A DNA stretch of 63,141 nucleotides, filler included, from Licmophora abbreviata (lineage: Eukaryota): assembly GCA_900291995.1 (NCBI GenBank). It is 12 parts of 12 records of this genome, joined end to end, with 100 filler letters (N's around TTAATTAATTAA, not from the genome) between each part and the next. Parts side by side here need not be neighbours in the genome. Positions count along the whole stretch, not along the records: positions 54,689 to 59,549 come from OLMU01004397.1; positions 59,650 to 61,684 come from OLMU01004398.1; positions 61,785 to 63,141 come from OLMU01004404.1; 9 more parts are not named here. One strand, given 5' to 3'. Below are positions 54,589 through 63,141 of the stretch, one piece after another. The first letter of the stretch is position 1; each line of letters begins with the position of its first letter. Both the position numbers and the translations under genes were made by a program. The notes below the pieces were generated by a model that ran no database searches, was not told the DNA's origin, and saw only the letters and a list, made by a program, of their open reading frames with translations.

Positions 54589-54688
54589 NNNNNNNNNNNN
54601 NNNNNNNNNNNNNNNNNNNNNNNNNNNNNNNNTTAATTAATTAANNNNNNNNNNNNNNNNNNNNNNNNNNNNNNNNNNNNNNNNNNNN
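54589..54688. other. Artificial contig linker
   Basis: 44N-TTAATTAATTAA-44N. Confidence 0.98.
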
Positions 54689-54689
54689 T

Positions 54690-56366
54690 GCGGGATGTGA
54701 AGTATTGTGCTATTTGGCACTGGACCACGCCGACAACCGTGTCTACATTGCTGACGCCGGAGGAGTTGAATGCGTGATGTATGCCATCACTTTCGCCCTG
54801 GAAAATCTTTTCATGGGGTTGCGGGAAACGGGGTGTAGTGCATTGGTAAATCTGGCATTCGAGAATGTCGAGAACCAGGCAGTGATTGCCGAGTTGGCGA
54901 ACAGAATCAATGTGAACGGAAGAAACGCCCTAATGGATGCTTGCCAGATTGGGTGCGATTCTGTTGTGCGAATCCTTCTAGAATCTGGTGCAGACGTCGA
55001 CCGGAAGAACGGGATTGGTCGCAGTGCGCTGACGTTTGCATGTCAGTCTGGACACGAGTCCACAGTGCAGATCTTGCTAGATGTCGGCGCCGACACAGCC
55101 GGCATAAGCACAGCTAGAATGACTCCAGGTAGCAAATATCGAGGGATCGTTGACAAGTTGAATCTACACGAGGGGTTGCTTGCCGGGAGCAGGGTTGTCG
55201 ACCTTGTACAGCTACCATGGTCGTATACCACGGCAGAGACAGCCACGATTGTTCCCCGCACTGCGGAGCGTCCCGAACTTGTCTCCCTCCGTGTTAGAAA
55301 GGCGCTCCAACACCAATCTGTTGCCGCATCCTTTTCTCAAAAGGGGCGAGAGGCACGATGCACATGCATTGACGGGACGGTTTTTGTTATCAGATTCTTC
55401 GCGGGGAGAGGCGACAATGACCATGGAGTGGTTGTTGAGATCATCCCAGTATCCTTTGGAACGGATCGCTTCGCGTTTTACCGCGAATCCAGGGTCGTCC
55501 TTGATGCCGCCGAAGGAAAGCCTCTTGTCGAAGGCCATTCGTCTTCGTCACCTTCCTGCACTTTCGGTGGCCCCCGAGAGGCTGATATTGGCGACATGAG
55601 CTCGGCGTTTCGCTTCGTCCGCGAAACCATGTCCCAGCTCGATGCAGAAGGCCTTCCAGACAATACACGGTGTCAGGTTTTGATGAATCTAGTGCGAATC
55701 ACGGAGGTGGAAGGCACCGTACCGGTAGACTCAAAGCTTCGAGTTGTCACTGAAGCACTTTCGCTACATCCAGAGGGAGTCGATGTGTTACCGACCCTTG
55801 TCGAAGCGACCACCTTGGATTGTGAGAACTCTGGGGGCATCTTTGCCATGACGGCAGTATCCAACTGTCTCCAAAACTTGGTCGAAGATGCTATTGATAG
55901 ACGCGTGAAGGATCGGCTGGTCGCTCTACGTGAGCAACTCTACCCGACCCTGGTGAAGCATCTACAGTCGGCAGATCATAATCTTCAGCTTGCCTATCAA
56001 GCCGTGCGATGCCTGGAACTCATATTACCGCTGTCGGCAGCTCAGATGAACGTTTTGCCCAACCTCCTGGAGAAGCTGGTCGAAATCGGAAACTTGCGCC
56101 ATGCTGCTCTCAAGGAACAAGCTGAAAAGTGCTTGTTTTTGGCGCGACGGCAAAAGAGAGTTGAAGTGTCGCTGTTTCAGCCTGTTCGCGGAGACCAAAA
56201 AATCGAGTTTACTAGTAGCGCACCTGGCACACCTCAATCGATGCCCGAGAGATTCTTTCGGAGAAGTAGGAGCCTCACCCCCACCGGCTTGGTGTCTCGT
56301 TTCAGCTGGACGGTGGGCTGCGCCGGCTCAGTGTGCAGCAGCAGCAGTATGAGCAATAGCTTGTAG
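54690..56366 (+). CDS. Armadillo-like + ankyrin-repeat protein with KA1-like and helical C-terminal region, 5' partial
   Basis: ARM-like NRVYIADAGGVE..GCSALVNLA; ankyrins GRNALMDAC..G..SVVRILLESGAD and GRSALTFAC..GH..TVQILL..GAD; FVIRFF...GVVVEI...FYRESRVVLDAA. Confidence 0.72.
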   Translation, partial: AGCEVLCYLALDHADNRVYIADAGGVECVMYAITFALENLFMGLRETGCSALVNLAFENVENQAVIAELANRINVNGRNALMDACQIGCDSVVRILLESGADVDRKNGIGRSALTFACQSGHESTVQILLDVGADTAGISTARMTPGSKYRGIVDKLNLHEGLLAGSRVVDLVQLPWSYTTAETATIVPRTAERPELVSLRVRKALQHQSVAASFSQKGREARCTCIDGTVFVIRFFAGRGDNDHGVVVEIIPVSFGTDRFAFYRESRVVLDAAEGKPLVEGHSSSSPSCTFGGPREADIGDMSSAFRFVRETMSQLDAEGLPDNTRCQVLMNLVRITEVEGTVPVDSKLRVVTEALSLHPEGVDVLPTLVEATTLDCENSGGIFAMTAVSNCLQNLVEDAIDRRVKDRLVALREQLYPTLVKHLQSADHNLQLAYQAVRCLELILPLSAAQMNVLPNLLEKLVEIGNLRHAALKEQAEKCLFLARRQKRVEVSLFQPVRGDQKIEFTSSAPGTPQSMPERFFRRSRSLTPTGLVSRFSWTVGCAGSVCSSSSMSNSL

Positions 56367-58340
56367 CTCTTGGGTGAAGAGGAAAGAGATTGCCAAAGAA
56401 GTATTCATGACAGCCCTTCATCAGGCAGTGTCTCTCGTGGTATGATGCCGAGTATCAGTAGCGCCGAATCTGTCTGGAGACTCACCTTGCACTAAGACCT
56501 GCGTGCAGCTACATGTAATTTACGTATACACTTATAGTCAACAGGTCTTGCATTGGAAGTCGCATTGCTGTAAAGAATCATTGCTTTCCTCTTTTACCTG
56601 GTTCAGTCAAAAGGGCGCAACCGGAAGAGATCGTCTCAAGCAAGCGCTCTCTTGTTTATCCAGTAATCGCCGCTGCTTCGCACTGACATTGAAGGACTTC
56701 TGTTGCAGTGTATCAACGGAGCCAACAGCAGCAGCTTTAATATCCTTCTTGACGATTTAAAGCACTCCTCTCATGGTCTAAGCTCAATACGTTCTATGGT
56801 AGCTCCAGTGATCCTGTCCCCGCTCGTAATGTTCCGCATCCGCCGTGATGTGAAGAGCTTGTCGAAGATGCCCTCTCATTAGAATGATTAGCAAACAATG
56901 ACATGACATCGTCTCAGAACGCTACGCCATGCCTTGTACCAGTAGAGGAGGAGCGGCGTCTCGCATGGACGGGATGGTACGAGCTGAGCTGATACGGGCG
57001 ACAGCGTCATAGCACCTCGGATGAGCAGACCGTCACCTCCCATCTTGTCGAGTGAAACCTGAGTGAGTGGGTTCATCATTGACGAATGCCCAGTACACTG
57101 CGTGGGTCTTTCGGAAGCTCAAAACATGAGAACAAAGGGCGTTTACGAATAATATCCATCGTCCAATAGAAGCAGCGAACCTCGCTGTCACGATAAGGCG
57201 TCCTCGTATCATCCTTATAGTCGTCGGCAGCGACGACGAGACCGCCAGAGGCTAACATCGTGTATCGATGTATCGTACGCGAAAGAAGCAGTCTTTGTCG
57301 CTATTGAGACGATAATCCACGTCGCAACAGCGAGACAGATTGGAAAGTCAACACCGTGCATGATGACCGCAAACAGGCAGTCGTTCCGGGGGCTCGGAAA
57401 GATTCCGTATCCCTGTTGCACGGTGCTTCCTATTTATGCCCATTTGTATGTTTAGCTGTCACGCGTGACTCGTCGTCCCAAGCCGTGTCACATTGCAAAC
57501 TACTTTTTGGCGGCTCACCGATCGGACAAACATTTTCTATCAACGATCCGCCGGAAAGATCGAATTCGCGTGCGCTGCCGCTCTCTTGGTCTGCTGCCGC
57601 TGTGAACGCAAGCAATGGGCGTGAGACACTTCGGTAGACTGCTTGATATCCTGGCGTCCTGAATGCCGCTATACGCCTTTTACCAACTGACATCGTTCGG
57701 GAAAAAGGCAGAAGCACAATGGTTGCTTTGCACGGTCCCGTGTTTCTTGGCTATTGAGCTTAATGGGGTTTGGAGGTGCGCAACCGGAGCACATTAAACA
57801 TGCTCCTGCCCTCCCCCCAGACGTCTTCAGATATCAAGACTGATGACAACCCCACGACTGAAGCTGTTGACAAATTTATATAGATATATACTATTTGTGA
57901 CTGAGGACCCTTAACAATGAAAGTATTAATCCATTTATGTCATTCATGAAAATATTTTCCATTCATTCCCGCCCGCGACTAGGTGGTACTTCATCCCAAG
58001 CGTCCAAAGAAGTAAATTACATATGAGTCGTTTAATGGTTCCTGTACGAAGAGCGAGTGGGTGTGTGTGGGGGGCGACTACAGTCTGTTGTACCCTTTCT
58101 CATCCCTCTCACCTCTCACGCCTCACTTTCTCGCGACAGGTGTCAGACAAACTCTGTTTCGAAAGTCCTCCCGGTAAGTTGAACATTGTAAAAGTACGAA
58201 GAGAAGATACGAGGACGCATGGGTGAGGAGATGGATTAAATCGGCTGAAAACGAGCGAAACTCACGTTCGAAGAGTGCTGTTCACACAATCACCAGAAGG
58301 ATCTTTTCTGACGTTCTTTTTCTGTGCTACTATCGACAAC

Positions 58341-59549
58341 ATGACAACGATCGATACCACGGCTGCCTCTGTGGGCCTTATCTACCTGGAGGGAGGTCCT
58401 TGCGTAAATGACCTGGTGTGCCACAAGAACCCAGGGAAAGAATGGTCGGCTCACAACAACAAACTCCCTTACAACGATGTCATCGGGAGTCATCGGGATC
58501 CCTTCAGAGCACTGAAGAAGAAGCAAGAGAAGAATAGAATGATTAAGCAGGTGATTCTGATCTGCAAGGAAAAGCACAACATCCGTTTCGTAAGAAACGA
58601 AGATGCTCCTCTTTGTACTGGTCGCTGGTACATCTTGCGCGACCAGGAGGTACAAGGCAAGGTTCGAACTATTTTGAGGCCTCGTCCCGGTAAAAAGCAG
58701 CAAATGGGTAACAATCAAACGACGCCGACTCGGGTTTACCATGCAGCGTTGTCTACGGTTTTGAATAGGGTTAAGCGTGTACAGAAGTATCTGTATTACC
58801 ATCCTGAGGAAGCCCCAGCTGTCTGGGAGGCCAATGAGGACGTCCGAGATACGACTGACAATGATGTCCTTTCGGGACGGGGAGCCGGCGCATACGACCA
58901 TTTTGGGAATCGGGTAAGTGCGGAGACACCCGAGTTGGTAGCAAACCCATATCTATCCCTTTATTAAACGCTGTTTCCTCCTTCATTTCTTCACATCACA
59001 GGTGATGATTGAGTTGGCGAAGGAATACAAGGAAATGTACCCGGGCCTCGAGAAACCCCTGAAGATTCGTTTGTCCGCGAGCATTTGTCATGCGATTCGT
59101 CATGAGCTGGGAGGACGCTTCCTCGAGAAAGAGGGGGGCACTTGGAAAGTCCAATCTTTCGGAAGCGCTCGGCAAAAGGTCGCCCAGCGTCTACGGGATG
59201 AGAAGGACGACGAGGCGACTGGTGGCGGTACGGTGCCTGAAGGTGCTGCTGCCTCTGCCGACCTTGCCGCATCTACGACGCCACGCGCCCGCAAGAAAAC
59301 TCGTCGTCACAAGAAGAAGAGTAAATGCTCCCCTACCTCGGTGGTAGATCCAATCTTGTCGTCTGACGCTGCTCTTTCCAACAAGACAAGCCCCAAGCCT
59401 AGTACCCCTCTTCCACAAGGAAGTCTCTCTTTTGAGCCCAATAACGCATCTCCTCCTATAATGAAGCAAGCTTCGACTCTAGCGTGTGAGAGACAGGTGA
59501 CTGCCAAGTATAGTTTCGGGACCTGCCGAGAGAACAGAAAGGAAGACTC
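58341..59549 (+). CDS. Tandem DUF6824-type domain protein, 3' partial (intron 58914-59001)
   Basis: Degenerate first domain (NDLVC..HN...IRFV...GRWY...KVRTILR) and clear second domain DNDVLSGRG....HFGNR|...GGRFLEK...ARQKVAQRLRD. Confidence 0.78.
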
Positions 59550-59649
59550 NNNNNNNNNNNNNNNNNNNNNNNNNNNNNNNNNNNNNNNNNNNNTTAATTA
59601 ATTAANNNNNNNNNNNNNNNNNNNNNNNNNNNNNNNNNNNNNNNNNNNN
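59550..59649. other. Artificial contig linker
   Basis: 44N-TTAATTAATTAA-44N. Confidence 0.98.
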
Positions 59650-59958
59650 AGGAGAGCAGACGGCGTCTACGAAGCGTCCATCGTCTGTGAGAAGCAGTAG
59701 ACCCTCGCTGTCACGATCCAGGCGTCCGCAGATTCTTAGATCTGGTGGCAAAGACGTCGATAAGTCGGCGAGAGTCTGTCGTTGCGGGCGGTGCTTGCGG
59801 AGGGAGCGGTCCTTATCGCTGTTGAGACTGCACAAGGTCAGTGCTGGCTTGTACAGTGCAACGTATCGATGTTCCTGCTGAAGTCCCTGTGTCAGGAGTA
59901 GATTCAAAGCGAGTACACTGGCAAAGATCAGACCAGCAAACCGCCGTCCTACCTTCAT
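59650..59958 (-). CDS. Pseudouridine synthase (RsuA/RluE family), N-terminal fragment with signal peptide
   Basis: YVALYKP and GRLDRDSEGLLLLTDDG catalytic motif; truncated at the gap. Confidence 0.88.
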
Positions 59959-60535
59959 GCTTTGCTACCGTCGCCGCTGGCTTTCTTCATTGTGTTTCAA
60001 AAGCACAGTTCGGCTGATTTTTAGTCAAAGAAGTCGAAGAAGAATGTCACAGCGTCCGTCATGACGTTTTGAGAGTGCTCCTCGCGTGCGAACGTGCTCT
60101 TCTCGAGTTTGAGATGAAGTTCACGTATCATATGATCATAGGTTTTATTATAATATGATCATAGGCCTGAATCAGAAATGCGAGGGAAATGAAGAAACTC
60201 TCATCAAAGAAGCTTCGCGAGAGCGAACGCATGATGTTCAACATCGAGACAATTACAGTAGTACGTTCAAAAGTCTCCCCTGATGGTACTTCCCATGCTG
60301 TAACCTGTTCCGCTGCCACCCAATATTTTGGTGTAAGGCCGCCTTCTGTTACTCATCACACTCTACCAGTACAGTAGGACATTGGCAAAGCGAAGAGTGG
60401 GGCCAAAGTAGTCTCTCGGACTTAACCGTGTAGCAGCAGGACGACATCCGAAAGGCAAATCGCTCAGACATGATGTGAAATACCGAGCTAAGCGTGTGCT
60501 AGCTAGTGTTCCACGGGCGCACGGATGCACCTCTT

Positions 60536-61684
60536 CTATATGTCGGTTAAGTTCTCCCAGAATTTCTTTGATTTTGCTTCTTTCTTTGTCTTAGGTACCG
60601 TCAAAATAGGTCCCTGGTTGCGAAATCGCGTTCCATTCAAGTGGAAGAAGCCTTCATGAACCTCGTATCGAAACTCTCGCTTTCGAAACAGCTCGTTCAT
60701 TAGAGGTTCTGACTCCAAGTACTTCTCAAGGATGGTTTTGGTATACTGATAATGGCAGAACATGACTTTGATTCTGTAAGTACGGTTTTCAACAGATTTG
60801 GTCTTCGTCAGCACTTGCTTGCCGTTCGGCTGCCAACAGAGTTCGCAACTGCAGCAGTGCCCGAACGGGAAATCCTCGAGACAGAGCCCATCCCATGCAA
60901 CGCTTCCAACAATGCCGGTGAAGCGGATTCCAAGTCGCTCGTGGTGACGGCTTAAAATGCCGTACATGGATGACTCCTCTTCCTTCCCGCCAGTTTCGTC
61001 GAAGTATTGCGTTTGCTGAACAGCGAAGATTTCCTCCAGAGGGCGCTCTGCCAGTCGAAATAGCTCGTTTATTTTTGGAATGTTGCGGTATAATGTGAAA
61101 GCACCAGACACTTGTTGGTTGTGTTTCTTGGGATAAGCGCTGATGACATCAGATTCGGAGAGTAATGCACGGCTCAAAAAGGAGCGAATGTTGCCCAGAA
61201 TTACATCGTTATCGAGATATCCCCAAAAATGATAACGCTCGACTTGCTCAGGAAAGAGGTATCCAAACAAAGGCTTGAAATCATCTGAAAGTACGAACTC
61301 TTCGTGTAAGAAGACAGAGCATTGATATCGGTTCAAGGTCGCGCAACGATGCCGGTCGTCAGTTATCACTCACTGATCTTGTAATACCCATGTTCGGACT
61401 CGGGATTCTGTCTCAGCTTCCCAGGTTCCACGCCATCAAAGACTCGGAATTTAACCCGGTCTGTGAGTTCATCCCACGTGACTGGTATATGAAACACGTT
61501 TGGGGGCAAGGGGAACAGCCAATTCGGTTCTGGAGATCCGACAATCGCAATATCGATTCCACACCCCCGAGCAGATTCGATAAACAATTGAAGGTGCCGC
61601 GTATTGCTCTTCATTTCTCCGAAAACCCATGTAAACATGAGTATCGGCACTGGCTTCCGCTCCGGAAGGCCGAGTTCGAGCTCG
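60536..61684 (-). CDS. DUF6625-like putative glycosyltransferase, 5' partial (intron 61373-61285)
   Basis: Spliced YYKINDFKPLFGYLF...YHFWGYLDNDVILGNI (DxD), SGAFTLYRN, FDE. Confidence 0.75.
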
Positions 61685-61784
61685 NNNNNNNNNNNNNNNN
61701 NNNNNNNNNNNNNNNNNNNNNNNNNNNNTTAATTAATTAANNNNNNNNNNNNNNNNNNNNNNNNNNNNNNNNNNNNNNNNNNNN
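61685..61784. other. Artificial contig linker
   Basis: 44N-TTAATTAATTAA-44N. Confidence 0.98.
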
Positions 61785-61931
61785 TGGAGCGACAAATACT
61801 CGAATACATACTTTTCCGTTGAGGGGAATGGGTTCAACCCCCCATTTCGCAATCCCCACCGAGAATTGACCCTCAGCTGTCCCTCGCCCGTCTTCCTTTA
61901 AAGTTCATGCCTCCTGCCGTCACCTTACTGA

Positions 61932-63128
61932 CTATATGACGAACAAGACCAATGACAGGGCCATCACACCCATGCCCACAATGAACGAGTAGGTGACAAC
62001 CGTATCCTCAGGATCATACCGATGGGCTGTAGGCAAGAGCTCCTTGACACTGATAATGACCATCATACCACCAACTAAGCCAAACAACACGGCATACAAG
62101 CTATCACTGAATGAATTGGCCAGGATGGCCCATCCGAGCAGTGCCGCAATCGGCTCAGAGATGCCGCTAATACAGGCCCACAAGAATGCCTTCCAGCGAT
62201 TGCCAGTGGCATAGTAAATGGGCAAGGCAACACAGAGCCCTTCAGGAATGTTGTGAATACCAATAGCAATGGCTAGAACTGCACCAACACTGGGATCGTC
62301 CAATGCTGCGACAAATGTGGCGAGGCCTTCGGGAAAGTTATGCAATCCAATCGCAATAGCGGTGTTGATGCCCATGTGGACCAACTTTCGGTTTTCCTCT
62401 TCCATCGCTGACACGGCTGGCTTCTCAATGTTGGATTCCTCGGACTGGATCTCCACTGGCTCTCCGTCTTCTTGCGTCGTTGTTGGGACTTCGTTCTCGT
62501 TTCCGCCCAATTGATCATGTTCGGCTCCTTGTTCGCGTTCTGCCATGTGTTTCCAAGCCTCTAGCTCCCCCACAGGGTCATCCGAAGAACATGCACAGTG
62601 AGGCGTGAGTACATCCGGATTTAGGTCTTCCTGTGCTTGGGCACAGTTACGTTCGGATTGAGGAGACGTGTGATCATGATGATCGTGGTGGTGATGTTTC
62701 CCACCACTAAGCCACTTGACCAGGACATCAACAATCTAGAGTCAGTGCGAGTGTAGGAGAGAAAGAAAAAAGCAATGAGATTGAATTGCGTGCCTTCGAC
62801 ACCCTTTCAGATCAAGAGCCCGACAAGTAGTGCAACGTACAATCATGAATACAACCCCGCCAAAGAAGCAGAGCGTAGCATAGATGTATGCCACGTCCTC
62901 GTCGTGGCCCGCGTCTAGGAAGCTTCCATTTGATTTTTGAAAGATCTCAACAAAGCTGACATACGTCATGACTCCTGCCGAGATACCGAGCGCACCGGCC
63001 AGCACGCGACGGGAGGCCAATTTGACGAGCGATGGGAAGAAGACAACGGACGCGCCGAGAGCGGTAGCGGCTCCCGCTCCGCACACCAGGCCGAACGCCA
63101 CTCCCACATTGGGGTTGTCTACTGGCAT
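61932..63128 (-). CDS. zupT: ZIP-family divalent metal transporter, ZupT type (2 exons: 63128-62841, 62735-61932)
   Basis: SAGVMTYVSFVEI, His-rich loop KHHHHDHHDH, AIGLHNFPEG, AIGIHNIPEG, SEPIAA, GGMM..IS..ELLPTA. Confidence 0.93.
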
Positions 63129-63141
63129 CCTATCCTTTTCT

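Noticed and set aside
57205..57225. FLAG-tag-like DYKDD peptide on the minus strand
   Set aside because: Only five residues match, in a short non-conserved ORF with no vector sequence; chance
10967..61784. Recurrent TTAATTAATTAA flanked by N runs as a biological repeat or CRISPR-like array
   Set aside because: Eleven identical 100-bp spacers with six-frame stops that truncate genes mid-ORF; these are contig-joining linkers
61827..61846. tRNA T-arm/B-box-like hairpin AATGGG-TTCAACCC-CCCATT
   Set aside because: The loop is 8 nt, and no D-arm, anticodon arm or acceptor stem can be built from the flanks

Overview
Eukaryotic nuclear DNA, most likely from a diatom: compact genes, mostly short GT-AG introns, bipartite signal-peptide+'AF' plastid presequences and DUF6824-type proteins. 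The window is not one locus. It is 12 separate contigs joined by 11 identical artificial 100-bp linkers (44 N + TTAATTAATTAA + 44 N), so gene neighbourhood is meaningful only within a contig. About 30 protein-coding genes can be supported, mostly housekeeping: DGAT2, rhodanese, PrmA, shugoshin, phosphoglycolate phosphatase, La-related protein, bHLH, Nup133, cysteine desulfurase/selenocysteine lyase, USP, YjbQ, K+ channel, ZIP transporter. No rRNA, tRNA, CRISPR array or intact transposon was seen. Three genes have unusual architectures. (1) A compact cellular-type RNA-dependent RNA polymerase (39237-42388) with N-terminal Tudor-like modules and two tandem chromo-like domains inserted after its catalytic DLDGD loop, which is completed by a 15-nt microexon; this is a candidate single-chain chromatin-reader/RNA-silencing amplifier. 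(2) A CCR4/Angel-type EEP nuclease split by an inserted Mut7-C (PIN-like + Zn ribbon) domain. (3) A bacterial-type PhnD-like solute-binding domain fused to a flavin monooxygenase through a linker resembling a second mitochondrial presequence. Four genes carry apparent 1-bp frameshifts (one also a premature stop), which may be assembly errors. All family assignments come from motif recognition by eye; no database search was run.
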